Origin: Microgenomates group bacterium
GTDB taxonomy: Bacteria > Patescibacteriota > Microgenomatia > UBA1400 > UBA12108
Assembly: GCA_049286965.1 (NCBI GenBank)
Contig: JBAQEX010000074.1
Coordinates: forward strand, 1 to 43,390
Length of the DNA stretch: 43,390 nt
Direction: 5' to 3'
Shown here: positions 18,545 through 28,904 of the stretch, piece after piece
Position numbering within the stretch: the stretch's first letter is position 1
Layout: each line of letters opens with the position of its first letter
Notes under the pieces: model-generated
Database searches by the model: none
What the model saw: the letters and a program-made list of their open reading frames with translations, nothing else
Told to the model about the DNA's origin: nothing
Position numbers and translations under genes: made by a program

Positions 18545-18578
18545 GCATCAATTTTAACAAATAGGAAATGGGGACAGT

Positions 18579-19055
18579 CTACCAACGGAAGTGGCTAAAT
18601 GCCTTATTGGCATCTGCCATCCGGTGGACATCGTCGCGTTTCTTGATGGTGGCACCTTGGCCGTTATAGGCATCCATGATTTCGGCGGCGAGCTTTTCAC
18701 CATATGTGTGATACTCAGAGTTTGAGCGCTTGTTTGAAAACTCAATGAGCCAGCGAATGGAGAGCGAGAATTGGCGACGAGGTGAGACTGGCATAGGGAC
18801 CTGGTAAGCAGCCCCACCGATACGACGACTACGAACTTCAGTTTTGGGTTTGATGTTGTTTAGGGCTGTCATTAAAACATCTAGGGGTTTGAGGCCAGTT
18901 TTCTCGCCCAGGATATCCATGGCTTTGTAGACTTGCTTTTCGGCTACGGCTTTTTTGCCATCTTTCATGGCACGATTGATGATTTTGGCGACTTCGAGTG
19001 AATTGTATTTGACATCACCCTCGACTCTTTTGATACCTGCTGATTTTGCACGCAT
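18579..19055 (-). CDS. rpsG: 30S ribosomal protein S7
   Basis: 158 aa with S7 sequence (VEVRSRRIGGAAYQVP, GEKLAAEIMDAYNGQG). Confidence 0.96.
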   Translation of the reverse strand: MRAKSAGIKRVEGDVKYNSLEVAKIINRAMKDGKKAVAEKQVYKAMDILGEKTGLKPLDVLMTALNNIKPKTEVRSRRIGGAAYQVPMPVSPRRQFSLSIRWLIEFSNKRSNSEYHTYGEKLAAEIMDAYNGQGATIKKRDDVHRMADANKAFSHFRW

Positions 19056-19073
19056 AAATTATTTCCTTATTGA

Positions 19074-19487
19074 TTATTTCTTTGGTTTCTTGGTTCCATA
19101 TTTGGAACGTGAAGTCTTGCGTTTGTCGACCCCAGCAGTGTCGTATTTGCCACGCACGATATGATATTTAACACCTGGCAAATCTTTGACACGGCCACCA
19201 CGGACCAAAACCACAGAGTGCTCGGCCAAGTTGTGACCTTCACCCATGATGTAAGCTGTGACTTCTTGTTTGTTGGACAAACGAACACGAGCAACTTTAC
19301 GCAGAGCGGAGTTTGGCTTTTTAGGAGTCATGGTTTTGACAATGATACAAACACCACGTTTTTGAGGGGAAGCGTACTCAACACTTTTGCGTTTGGTGGC
19401 ATTGTAACCACGGCGTAGGGCACTCCCCTTTTTCTTTTTGGCTTTGGTGTCACGACCGTGACGGACTAATTGATTGACTGTAGGCAT
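19074..19487 (-). CDS. rpsL: 30S ribosomal protein S12
   Basis: 137 aa with S12 sequence ([40 protein letters not shown]). Confidence 0.97.
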   Translation of the reverse strand: MPTVNQLVRHGRDTKAKKKKGSALRRGYNATKRKSVEYASPQKRGVCIIVKTMTPKKPNSALRKVARVRLSNKQEVTAYIMGEGHNLAEHSVVLVRGGRVKDLPGVKYHIVRGKYDTAGVDKRKTSRSKYGTKKPKK

Positions 19488-19496
19488 AAGTGTTTG

Positions 19497-22400
19497 CTAT
19501 TGTATCACAGCCCTCTCTGGATTTGTAGGAATTAAGCGCCCGATGATCACGTTTTCCTTGAGACCAAAGAGCGGATCTTCTTTGCCTTCGATCGCAGCTT
19601 CGCTCAGCACATTGGTAGTCTGCTCGAATGAGGCAGCAGAGAGCCAAGAGTGGGTGTGGAGCGCTGCGCGGGTCACGCCAAGCATGACTGAGACAGCGGT
19701 TGCGGGCTCGCCACCTTCGGCTAGGACTGCGTCGTTGCCGGTGTCAAAGGCAAAGCGATCGACGATTTCTCCACCAATGAGGGAAGTATCGCCGGAATCT
19801 TCGATCTTGACCTTGCTGGTCATTTCGCGCACTACAACTTCGAAGTGCTTATCGGAAATTGGGATTCCTTGCGACTCATAAACTGCTTGGATTTCTCCAA
19901 TCAGATAGATTTGTGACTCCCGAATACCCCGGACACGCAAGACTTCTTGGATGTTTTGAGGACCACTGGCCAGAGGGAATCCAGCCGTGATCACATCTTT
20001 GTCTTTAACTAGTAGAGTCAAGGTAGCTGGGACAAAATGATCTTCGACTGCACCACCTGCTCCAGTGATTGTGACCTTGGCGCCGCCTTCGGCTTCTTCA
20101 ACCGTGATTTTGCCCGAGATACTAGCAAGAGGTGAGGCAACTTTGGGATTCCTGGCTTCGAAGAGCTCTTCTACACGTGGTAAGCCTTGGGTCACGTCGA
20201 GTCCGACGATACCACCAGCGTGCTTGACACGCATAGTTAGCTGAGTGCCTGGTTCACCAATACTTTGGGCGGCAATCACACCAACTGGGGAGCCTAGCTC
20301 GACCAAATGCCTGGTTCCAAAATCCCAACCATAACAAGCGGCACAAAGTCCGTAGCGAGCTTTGCATGTCAAAGGTGAGCGAATTTCGATACTTTCAATA
20401 CCTGAGCCAAATAATGCTTCGGCCATTTGGTCGTCGATGATTTCACCTTTTTTGACTATGACTGCGTGCGATTTAGGATCTTTGATAGTTTTAACGACAG
20501 CACGACCGAGGACGCGTTTAACAAAATGTTTGCCACGAACTCCAGTTGTTTCGATTGTGAGGTATTCGGTGGTGCCACAGTCTTCCTCGCGGATGATGGA
20601 AGTATGTGAAACATCAACCAAACGACGAGTCAAGTAACCAGCGTCAGCGGTTTTAAGCGCTGAGTCGGTCAGACCTTTGCGACTTCCACGAGATGAAGTC
20701 ACATATTCAAAGATGGATAACCCTTCGCGGAAGTTGGACTTGGTAGGCATTTCCACAATCTTACCTAGTGGATCCACCACTAGTCCACGCATAGCTGACA
20801 ATTGTTTGACCTGATCACGACTGGCGCGAGTACCACCTGAGTCGATGATGATTTTGACGGCGTTACGCTCGTCAAACTTTTCCCAGGTAGCGGTTGCGAT
20901 GGCTTCGGTAGTCTCCATCCAAACTTCGAAAGATAGTCTGCGCTTTTCTTCTTCGGTAATTAAACCCTGATTGAAAGTCTCGAGGATTTCGTTCACTCTG
21001 GCATCGGCTTCTTTGATCATGCCAACTTTTTCTTTGATCATGATGTTGTCGGCCACGGCCACTGAGAGACCTGAAGTTGTTAAATAAGTGAAACCGATTG
21101 TCTTGATTTTGTCGACTAAATCAGCCACCATATCATTGTCCAAAATACGGATAGCTTCACGGATAATGTCCGTGATTTTTTTGGCGTTGATACTTTCGTT
21201 GATGAAGCGGAGTTCAACTGGCAAAGCTTCGTTGAAGATCAAACGACCTACTGAAGACTCGATGATTTTGCCATCTACTCTAACCATGATAGGTTGACGT
21301 AGCTCGATGATGCCAGCTTCACGAGCGGCATAGGCTTGTTCAGAGTCACCATAGATACTATCGGTCTTTTTCAAATCTGGATTGAAACTAGTCAAGTAGT
21401 AGCAACCAAGAGCCATTTCTTTGTTTGGCACGGTAATTGGGCTACCATTGGCTGGTTTTAAGAGATTATTTTTGGCCATCATGCGAGTTTTGGCATCTTC
21501 GATAGCAGTCTCAGAAAGGGGGACGTGGATGGCCATCTGGTCACCGTCAAAGTCAGCGTTGTATCCTGCACAAACACAGGGGTGCAACTGGATCGCATTG
21601 CCTTCGATCAAGACTGGATAGAAAGCCTGGATACCGAGTTTGTGAAGAGTGGGTGCACGGTTGAGTAAGACTGGATGATTTTTGGTAATCCTCTCGAGGA
21701 TATCAAAAACTAGCGGGTCTTTGCGCTCGATGGCATGCTTGGCTGATTTGACGTTTGGAGCAGTCCCCTCAGCGATGAGTTCGCGCAGAACATAGGGCTT
21801 AAACATCTCAAGTGCCATATCTTTAGGTATTCCACACTCGGAAAGTTTGAGTTCAGGACCAACTACGATCACGGAGCGACCAGAATAGTCGACGCGTTTA
21901 CCAAGTAAGTTCTGACGGAAGCGACCCTGTTTGCCGGATAACATGTCAGAGAGGGAACGAAGTGGTTTGACTACACGACGTCTCGTAGTCTTGGCTTGGG
22001 AAGCATCGATTAGAGAGTCCACGGCCTCTTGGAGCATACGTTTCTCGTTGCGCAAGATGATCTCAGGAGCTCCAAGATCGATCAAGTGCTTTAGACGATT
22101 GTTACGGTTGATCACACGGCGGTAGAGATCATTTAGATCAGAGCTGGCAAAACGGCCGCCTGAGAGCTGGACCATCGGACGTAATTCTGGAGGCAAGACT
22201 GGCAATACTTTGAGCACCATCCAAGTAGGAGATAAGCCAGCATTTTTGAGTCCATCTACAACTTTGAGCCGTTTGGACAATTTGGTCCGGCGGATACTAG
22301 CTGCGCCCTCTTCTTTGAGTTCGAGCTTGATTTCTTTGGAGAGTTTTTGGACGTCAATCGTGTCTAGATATTCGAGGATGGCTTCGGCTCCCATCCCTAC

Positions 22401-23138
22401 TTTGAGATGAGAAATGGCGTTGTATTCGTCGAGTTTCAAATACTCATCTTCGGCCATGACGGTCCCTGGGACAATGCGTTTGGCCATGGTTGTAACGGTT
22501 TTATAGATTTCGGTTAAAGAATCTTTGTCTAGCACGAGACTTTCACGTAGTGACTCGATAGCTTTTTTGGCACTGTTCGTCTGACGTTCAGTGGGTTTGT
22601 CACCTAGTCCTTCTTTGATTTTTTGCATGTCGGCTTTAATGGAATCTTCTAGAGCCTCAAGTGCAGCGGCGTGCTGAGTGTTGAGGGACTCGATGACTTT
22701 GGCTTTTTCGTCTTTGTCTACGGCAAGTACTAGGTACTTGGCAAAATAAACAACAGCCGAGAGAGCTTTGGGGGCGACATTCATGAGCAGCGATAATTTG
22801 GAGGGAGCACCTTTGAAGTACCAGATATGAGCAACTGGTGCGGCAAGATTGATGTGACCCATGCGTTCGCGACGAACCCTAGCCTGGGTGACTTCGACGC
22901 CACATTTGTCACAAACTATGCCTCGATAACGGATGCGTTTGTATTTGCCACAATAACATTCATAGTCTTTGGTTGGTCCAAAAATGCGCTCACAAAATAA
23001 ACCATCTTTCTCTGGCTTAAGGGTGCGGTAGTTGATGGTTTCAGGCTTTGTTACTTCACCAAATGACCAACTTCTGACGGTGTCAGGAGAGGCGATTGAA
23101 ATCTTGAGACCTTTAAAGTCTAGAATATTTTTTGACAT
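19497..23138 (-). CDS. rpoC: DNA-directed RNA polymerase subunit beta'
   Basis: 1213 aa with zinc motif [20 protein letters not shown], catalytic NADFDGD and bridge-helix region. Starts 2 nt after the rpoB stop. Confidence 0.98.
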   Translation of the reverse strand: MSKNILDFKGLKISIASPDTVRSWSFGEVTKPETINYRTLKPEKDGLFCERIFGPTKDYECYCGKYKRIRYRGIVCDKCGVEVTQARVRRERMGHINLAAPVAHIWYFKGAPSKLSLLMNVAPKALSAVVYFAKYLVLAVDKDEKAKVIESLNTQHAAALEALEDSIKADMQKIKEGLGDKPTERQTNSAKKAIESLRESLVLDKDSLTEIYKTVTTMAKRIVPGTVMAEDEYLKLDEYNAISHLKVGMGAEAILEYLDTIDVQKLSKEIKLELKEEGAASIRRTKLSKRLKVVDGLKNAGLSPTWMVLKVLPVLPPELRPMVQLSGGRFASSDLNDLYRRVINRNNRLKHLIDLGAPEIILRNEKRMLQEAVDSLIDASQAKTTRRRVVKPLRSLSDMLSGKQGRFRQNLLGKRVDYSGRSVIVVGPELKLSECGIPKDMALEMFKPYVLRELIAEGTAPNVKSAKHAIERKDPLVFDILERITKNHPVLLNRAPTLHKLGIQAFYPVLIEGNAIQLHPCVCAGYNADFDGDQMAIHVPLSETAIEDAKTRMMAKNNLLKPANGSPITVPNKEMALGCYYLTSFNPDLKKTDSIYGDSEQAYAAREAGIIELRQPIMVRVDGKIIESSVGRLIFNEALPVELRFINESINAKKITDIIREAIRILDNDMVADLVDKIKTIGFTYLTTSGLSVAVADNIMIKEKVGMIKEADARVNEILETFNQGLITEEEKRRLSFEVWMETTEAIATATWEKFDERNAVKIIIDSGGTRASRDQVKQLSAMRGLVVDPLGKIVEMPTKSNFREGLSIFEYVTSSRGSRKGLTDSALKTADAGYLTRRLVDVSHTSIIREEDCGTTEYLTIETTGVRGKHFVKRVLGRAVVKTIKDPKSHAVIVKKGEIIDDQMAEALFGSGIESIEIRSPLTCKARYGLCAACYGWDFGTRHLVELGSPVGVIAAQSIGEPGTQLTMRVKHAGGIVGLDVTQGLPRVEELFEARNPKVASPLASISGKITVEEAEGGAKVTITGAGGAVEDHFVPATLTLLVKDKDVITAGFPLASGPQNIQEVLRVRGIRESQIYLIGEIQAVYESQGIPISDKHFEVVVREMTSKVKIEDSGDTSLIGGEIVDRFAFDTGNDAVLAEGGEPATAVSVMLGVTRAALHTHSWLSAASFEQTTNVLSEAAIEGKEDPLFGLKENVIIGRLIPTNPERAVIQ

Positions 23139-23140
23139 GA

Positions 23141-26100
23141 TTATGCCTCCCCTTCGGTTTTTTTGAGTTCTTCATCTGATGGTTCTTCGATTTCATCTAA
23201 ATCATCGTCATCATCGGCCACAACTACAGTGGCATCATCGGCTGCAACGGTTGAGTCGTCTGGTAAAGCGGCGGCATCATCGGCTAAGATAACTTTGTCT
23301 TTTTCGATTTCTTCGATTGATTCATCGGCCACCAAAACTTCTTTGGGGTCGACTGGGACCACATCTAATCCAAGTGAGTTTAGTTCTTTGAGGAGAACTT
23401 TAAACGACTCTGGAACAGTGGACTCTGGGATCGGGGTACCCTTGACGATGGCTTCAAAGGCTTTGGCACGACCCACCAAGTCATCGGACTTGATGGTAAG
23501 CATTTCTTGAAGCACGTGGGCGGCGCGATGAGCTTCGAGTGCCCAAACTTCCATTTCCCCCAAGCGCTGTCCACCCATTTGAGCTTTACCACCAAGTGGT
23601 TGTTGAGTGACGAGAGAGTATGGACCTGTGCTTCTAGCATGGGTTTTGTCTTCGACCATGTGGATCAGCTTCAAGATGTAACCGATACCGACGGTTGTGG
23701 GGTTATCGAATGGTAGTCCAGTGCGTCCATCATAGAGGATGGCTTTGCCGTCTGTAGGTAATCCAGCTTTCTTTAGTTGTTCTTCGATTACTGACTCGTC
23801 GAGAGGTTCAAAAACTGGCAAAGCCACTTTATATCCGAGTTTGTCAGCTGCCCAGCCCAAGTGGGCTTCAAGGAGTTGACCCAAGTTCATACGGGCCAGG
23901 ACGGAAAGAGGTGAGATGATAATGTCGATTGGGGTACCATCGGCTAGATATGGCATGTCGGCTGTTGGGATAATGCGGGAAATGACACCTTTGTTGCCAT
24001 GGCGGCCAGCGAGCTTGTCACCTACGGTGACTTTGCGGATCTGGGCCACTTTGACAGTTACCGTCTTGAGTACGCCTGGATCGAGCTCGTCACCTTCTTC
24101 GCGATCGAGTGTAGATACTTCGATGACTGTACCTGACTCACCATTGCTCATGCGGAGTGAGGTGTCGCGAACTTCGCGGGCTTTTTCACCAAAAATGGCT
24201 CTTAGGAGTCTTTCTTCGGCAGTGAGTTCGGTTTCGCCTTTAGGAGCGATCTTGCCTACCAAAATATCGTTACCCGTGACCTCTGCACCCACAAAAACGA
24301 TGCCGTCTTCACCTAGGTTGCGCAGATCATTTTCGGAAACATTGGGAATATCGCGCGTTAGCTCTTCGGCGCCGAGCTTGGTGTCCATGATATCGGCATT
24401 GTATTCATTGATGTGGATACTGGTAAGTACATCTTCTTTGACGAGTTTGTCAGAGATGATGATGGCATCTTCGTACCCAAGCCCCATGAAAGATGCATAG
24501 GCAATGACGAGGTTACGACCCAGTGAGAGTTCGCCGCCATCAGAAGCTGGTCCGTCGATCAGGAGATCGCCTTTTTTGATTTTGTCTCCGACTTTGACGA
24601 CTGGCTTTTGGTTGTAGCAAGTACTCCCGGCGGTGCGGTGGAATTTGACGATAGAATAAACAACTCTACCCTTTTCAAGGGTGGCATGTTCATTGATACT
24701 ACCCTCGTAGAATTCTTTGGCTTTAGTGCTGACGTCTTTGTCGAGTTCAAGCACAATAGTGTTGGCGTCGACGTGAGTGATAGTACCTGGGAAATCGGCT
24801 TTAACTACCCATCCCATAGACTCCGCAACTGCGGCCTCCATCCCAGTACCAACGACGGGAGACTGAGGACGGATTAGGGGTACGGCTTGACATTGCATAT
24901 GAGTACCCATGAGAGCACGGTTGGCCTCATCGTGAGCGATAAATGGAATGAGGGAAGCAGAAGTACCAACCACTTGGCGAGGAATTACGTCAATATACTG
25001 GACTTGTTCGACGGGCACTTCGATAAAGTTGCCCTTGAACCTAGCTGGTACCCATTCGGGTACAATGTCGCCCTTGGCGTTCATTTCAATGCCAGCGTGG
25101 GTGATGTAGTAGTTTTGCTCATCGTCAGGTGGGAGATACGTTATTTCTTTAGATACGTGGTTGTTTGTAACTTTACGATAAGGCGACTCTAGGAAGCCAA
25201 ATTCGTTGATGCGAGTGTAGAGTGAGAGGTAAGTGACTAAGCCAATGTTTGGACCTTCAGGACTACGGACTGGACAAATGCGGCCATACTGAGATGCGTT
25301 GATGTCGCGCATACTAAAGCTCGCGCGTTCGCGTGTAACGCCACCTGTTCCCATGACGGAAAGACGACGTAGGTTGTCGATCTCGGCAAGCGGATTGGTT
25401 TGGTCGAGGATAGTTGAAAGCCTATTTCTGCGGAAGAATTCGGAGATAGTTGCAATCACTGGCCTAGCATTGATGAGCTGGACGGGAGTGACGGCTTCTT
25501 CTGGTTTGACCAGAGACATCTTTTCTTTGATGGATCTCTCAAGGCGCAGCAAACCAATACGGAAAGCAGTGGCTCCTAGGAGCTCGCCGACCCGGCGGAC
25601 GCGGCGATTGGCCAAGTGATCGATATCATCGACCTGACCTACTCCGTTTTGGAGACCGATCAAGTATTTGATGATGGCAATGAGATCAGCTTTTTGCAGC
25701 ACTTGATTGTCGGGTTTGTTTTCGATATCAAGACCCAATTTTTTATTGAGCTTGTAACGACCGACTTTGTCTAGGTCGTAGCGACGTGGATCGAAGAAAC
25801 TTTGGAAGAAAAGGTTTTTGGCGTTTTCAAGCACAGCGGGCTCACCTGGCCTTATCTTGTCGTAGAGATCAAGGAGAGCTTCGGACTGAGTTTTGTTTGG
25901 ATCTTTAGCGAGGGTTGCAAAGATGTATTGATGGTCAACGTTTGTATCGACGTCTTTAAATAAATCTTTGATTTCCTGCTCGTCTTCGATACCCAATGCT
26001 CGGAGTAGAGTAGTGACATAAAATTTGCGATGACGATCGATTTTGGCGGTTAAAACATCGTTTTTACCCACAGACAGTTCGAGCCAGCTCCCACGCATAG

Positions 26101-26572
26101 GGCGGAGTTCGGCGGTGTATAAAACACGACCAGTAGTAGGATCGATTGAGCCGGCAAAGAAAGCGCCGGGGGCACGGACGAGCTGGTTTACAACGGCCCG
26201 CTCGATACCAGAGACGATGAAAGTGCCGCGACTGGTCATCTTGGGGAGGTCGCCCAAGAAAACATCTTGCTCGGTTTCATCGCCCGTGATTTTGTTGATG
26301 AGCTTGACTTTGACACGCAGAGGAATATCGTAGGTGAGGCCTTTTTTGACGGCTTCATCAGGAGTGAGTTTGGGAGACTCAAAATAGTGAGCCCCGAATG
26401 AGAGCTCCCAGGTTTTGCCGGTAAAGTCGTCGATAGGAGAGATTTCTTTGAGATATTTTTGGAGGTCTGTATTTAAGAACTTTTCGTATGACTGGCGTTG
26501 TACAAATGTGAGGTCGAGAGGAGGCAGATTTAGATTTTCATTTCCCCAGTACAAACGCTTCTTTTTTGTCAT
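23141..26572 (-). CDS. rpoB: DNA-directed RNA polymerase subunit beta (with about 70-aa acidic C-terminal tail)
   Basis: 1143 aa with conserved blocks ([35 protein letters not shown]). The tail is rich in D/E/A ([17 protein letters not shown]). Confidence 0.98.
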   Translation of the reverse strand: MTKKKRLYWGNENLNLPPLDLTFVQRQSYEKFLNTDLQKYLKEISPIDDFTGKTWELSFGAHYFESPKLTPDEAVKKGLTYDIPLRVKVKLINKITGDETEQDVFLGDLPKMTSRGTFIVSGIERAVVNQLVRAPGAFFAGSIDPTTGRVLYTAELRPMRGSWLELSVGKNDVLTAKIDRHRKFYVTTLLRALGIEDEQEIKDLFKDVDTNVDHQYIFATLAKDPNKTQSEALLDLYDKIRPGEPAVLENAKNLFFQSFFDPRRYDLDKVGRYKLNKKLGLDIENKPDNQVLQKADLIAIIKYLIGLQNGVGQVDDIDHLANRRVRRVGELLGATAFRIGLLRLERSIKEKMSLVKPEEAVTPVQLINARPVIATISEFFRRNRLSTILDQTNPLAEIDNLRRLSVMGTGGVTRERASFSMRDINASQYGRICPVRSPEGPNIGLVTYLSLYTRINEFGFLESPYRKVTNNHVSKEITYLPPDDEQNYYITHAGIEMNAKGDIVPEWVPARFKGNFIEVPVEQVQYIDVIPRQVVGTSASLIPFIAHDEANRALMGTHMQCQAVPLIRPQSPVVGTGMEAAVAESMGWVVKADFPGTITHVDANTIVLELDKDVSTKAKEFYEGSINEHATLEKGRVVYSIVKFHRTAGSTCYNQKPVVKVGDKIKKGDLLIDGPASDGGELSLGRNLVIAYASFMGLGYEDAIIISDKLVKEDVLTSIHINEYNADIMDTKLGAEELTRDIPNVSENDLRNLGEDGIVFVGAEVTGNDILVGKIAPKGETELTAEERLLRAIFGEKAREVRDTSLRMSNGESGTVIEVSTLDREEGDELDPGVLKTVTVKVAQIRKVTVGDKLAGRHGNKGVISRIIPTADMPYLADGTPIDIIISPLSVLARMNLGQLLEAHLGWAADKLGYKVALPVFEPLDESVIEEQLKKAGLPTDGKAILYDGRTGLPFDNPTTVGIGYILKLIHMVEDKTHARSTGPYSLVTQQPLGGKAQMGGQRLGEMEVWALEAHRAAHVLQEMLTIKSDDLVGRAKAFEAIVKGTPIPESTVPESFKVLLKELNSLGLDVVPVDPKEVLVADESIEEIEKDKVILADDAAALPDDSTVAADDATVVVADDDDDLDEIEEPSDEELKKTEGEA

Positions 26573-26709
26573 GGAATGTCCTCTCTATCGATAGCCACAA
26601 ATATAAAATTGGACGTACTAACAATGTTCGTACGCCCAACAACACTGACGGGCAAGAGCGTATTTAAACATATCTAGAGGGAGACGTCAAGGGTTTTGCG
26701 GGAGCAAAA

Positions 26710-26892
26710 TCAATATGAGGGGGCCAATGACTTTCTGCGCATACCCTTAACTTCACCTAATACTTCATCCATTTTTCCGAAAAACTCCGTTTTACTTGGT
26801 AAATTTGATGTCCGCTCGTCTATGACATCTTGAACTCTCTTATCTACTTCGTCGTAATCTACTTTATTTAAAACAGATGCGTTCTTGTTCAT
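26710..26892 (-). CDS. hypothetical small protein
   Basis: 60-aa charged ORF in an A+T-rich island upstream of rpoB. No family recognised, so coding status is uncertain. Confidence 0.35.
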   Translation of the reverse strand: MNKNASVLNKVDYDEVDKRVQDVIDERTSNLPSKTEFFGKMDEVLGEVKGMRRKSLAPSY

Positions 26893-26971
26893 GAGTGTAG
26901 TCAGCCATTTTGGGTATGGGTAGTCAATATTGATAAATACGATTAAAAAATTGTGATACAGTTTAGATAAT

Positions 26972-27262
26972 ATGCAACTACGTAAGTATTGGTCTTTATT
27001 ATTGATTTCGGGAATTGCTACCTATGCAATGTTTTGGGTTACTGGAGTAGCTTATCTATCGATGTTCTATATTTTTGGGATTTCAGATAATAACTCTGAA
27101 AAGATATTTTATTTATCAATTCCGTTACAAATATTGATGCACATGCTTATAGCTAGATGGTATAGCAATACTGGGAAATATAATTTTTTGATATCTTTTG
27201 CATATTTATTGGTTCCCCTTATTTTGCTTGTTCTATTCTTTGGGATACAGTTTATTAATTAA
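26972..27262 (+). CDS. hypothetical small membrane protein
   Basis: 96 aa with about 3 hydrophobic segments. Very A+T-rich (spot counts 22-38% G+C at 27001-27120). One of only three plus-strand CDS. Confidence 0.45.
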   Translation: MQLRKYWSLLLISGIATYAMFWVTGVAYLSMFYIFGISDNNSEKIFYLSIPLQILMHMLIARWYSNTGKYNFLISFAYLLVPLILLVLFFGIQFIN

Positions 27263-27272
27263 ATTTTTATAA

Positions 27273-27332
27273 TTACTTTATGTATTTGGCGATATTGGCG
27301 TTGTGCTCAGAGAGAGTGGCGCCATAGCGGAT
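27273..27332 (-). pseudogene. orphan duplicate of the mltG 3' end (last 19 codons plus stop)
   Basis: Translates to IRYGATLSEHNANIAKYIK*, against the mltG C-terminus IHYGATLSEHNANIAKYIK* (27984-28043). No start codon, and an in-frame stop lies upstream at 27372-27374. Confidence 0.8.
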
Positions 27333-27375
27333 TACGCTAAGGGTTAAAGTGGAAAAATAATACGCAGTATCTTAC

Positions 27376-27975
27376 TTAATTCCGTTGAATCGATTCAACG
27401 GAATATCGCATACCGGGTATGTGATATGAAAGTTTGTCCCATTCGTTACTAAGCAAGGAATAGATGTAGTGATCTACAAAATGATCGTACAACCATTCGT
27501 TTTGTCTCAGGGTCCCCTCTCTAGAAAAGCCAATTCTCTCAGCTATCTTATTACTCCCCAGGTTTCCTGTAGCTATTTGTAAGGTAATTTTATTTAATTT
27601 TAGTTCTTCAAAGGCATATTTGAGCACTGCTTTTACTGACTGGGTCATAATACCCATACCCTCGAATCCATCTGCTAGCCAATATCCTATGATCGATTTT
27701 TTATTGTTGTAGTCTATAGCTTGGAGCTCTATATTCCCTACATATAAATTCTTATAATAGATTCCAAAGCGAAAAATTTTCTGCTCACTATACCCATCCA
27801 AACCGTCTTGGATAAATTTTTTTATATCATCAACTGAGTTTGTATAATCTAACCAACCTAGCCATTGCTTCAATCTAAGTCTATTTTTATCAACCACTTG
27901 AAATACGGTCTCAGCGTCTTTTAGCTCTAGAATCTTAAGTTCAATATCTTTTGATGGCGAAAGGGATAGCATCAT
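27376..27975 (-). CDS. GNAT family N-acetyltransferase (RimJ/RimL-like)
   Basis: 199 aa with a GNAT core (IGYWLADGFEGMGIMTQSVKAVLKYAFEELKLNKITL, NLGSNKIAERIGFSREGTLR). The last 8-9 codons are encoded by palindrome copy 3. A+T-rich. Confidence 0.85.
   Translation of the reverse strand: MMLSLSPSKDIELKILELKDAETVFQVVDKNRLRLKQWLGWLDYTNSVDDIKKFIQDGLDGYSEQKIFRFGIYYKNLYVGNIELQAIDYNNKKSIIGYWLADGFEGMGIMTQSVKAVLKYAFEELKLNKITLQIATGNLGSNKIAERIGFSREGTLRQNEWLYDHFVDHYIYSLLSNEWDKLSYHIPGMRYSVESIQRN
27379..27404. repeat. palindrome family copy 3, ATTCCGTTGAATCGATTCAACGGAAT (perfect, 26 nt)
   Basis: Read directly. Differs from copy 1 by a paired A..T to T..A change that preserves the palindrome. Shares the flank CGGAATATC. 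Confidence 0.7.
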
Positions 27976-27983
27976 AATCTTGA

Positions 27984-28904
27984 TTATTTTATGTATTTGG
28001 CGATGTTGGCGTTGTGTTCAGAGAGGGTCGCACCGTAATGAATAGTCCCATTTTTGTCGTGCAAATAGAACCAATACGGTGAATCTTTAGGATTTTGGGC
28101 GGCGCGGATACTAGATAAACCTGGATTGCAGATAGGACCAGGTGGCAAACCCCGATTGAGGTAAGTGTTGTAAGGCGACTTGAGTTTACGATCAAGGAGT
28201 GTGGTATTTGGCCACCAGGCGGCCTTTTTGCCTAGGAAATACTGGACTGTAGCGTCGAGTTCGAGTGGCCAACCCGCTGCGAGGCGTTTTTTGAGGATGC
28301 CGGCAACGATGGGTTTTTCGGCATCACCTTTGGTCTCGCGCTCCACGAGAGAGGCAAGGATGAGAGTTGTCTTGTCGATTGTGCCGATTTTTTTGACAAA
28401 ATTGTCGTGCATAATCTTGACAAGTTCGGGGGCGGTGATCCCCTCTTTGACAAAATAGGTATCTGGAAACAGCTGGCCTTCTAGCCCTGCTGCTGCTGTC
28501 ATAAAGTCTTTGATTGGGATACCTGAGGTTTCTGCAATTTGCTCTAGACGATAACCTTCGGGAATTGTGATTTTTTTGTCTATTGCCAAACCTCTGGTCA
28601 AAGTTTGGGCCAAGACATTTGGGGCAAGAGAGGGAGAGAGCTCATAAATTCCCGCTTGGAGCGTGAGCTTGTTTTGCCTGACAATCAAGCGGAAAAATAA
28701 GGGCGAGCGAATGAGGCCCTTTGACTGGAGACGCGTGGCAATGGATTTGACGCTCTCCCCCTTGGTGATCTCAAAATTTCTGGGTGAAATATCTATAGAA
28801 GCAGGAAGCGTGAGGTAGTAACAATACGCCGCTACCAAGATCAAGACGAGGAAACTAAACTTCGCTAAAGAGCGCACGGCGGTAGGCCTTTGTGGTTTTG
28901 TCAT
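27984..28904 (-). CDS. mltG: endolytic murein transglycosylase MltG (YceG family)
   Basis: 306 aa with an N-terminal TM anchor and the YceG catalytic region (ILASLVERETKGDAEKPIVAGILKKRL, LELDATVQY, YNTYLNRGLPPGPICNPG). Confidence 0.92.
   Translation of the reverse strand: MTKPQRPTAVRSLAKFSFLVLILVAAYCYYLTLPASIDISPRNFEITKGESVKSIATRLQSKGLIRSPLFFRLIVRQNKLTLQAGIYELSPSLAPNVLAQTLTRGLAIDKKITIPEGYRLEQIAETSGIPIKDFMTAAAGLEGQLFPDTYFVKEGITAPELVKIMHDNFVKKIGTIDKTTLILASLVERETKGDAEKPIVAGILKKRLAAGWPLELDATVQYFLGKKAAWWPNTTLLDRKLKSPYNTYLNRGLPPGPICNPGLSSIRAAQNPKDSPYWFYLHDKNGTIHYGATLSEHNANIAKYIK

Noticed and set aside
19497-26572. Inteins, introns or large lineage-specific insertions in rpoB/rpoC
   Set aside because: The lengths (1143 and 1213 aa) and the continuous conserved blocks are typical of compact bacterial subunits. 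Only the acidic RpoB tail stands out.
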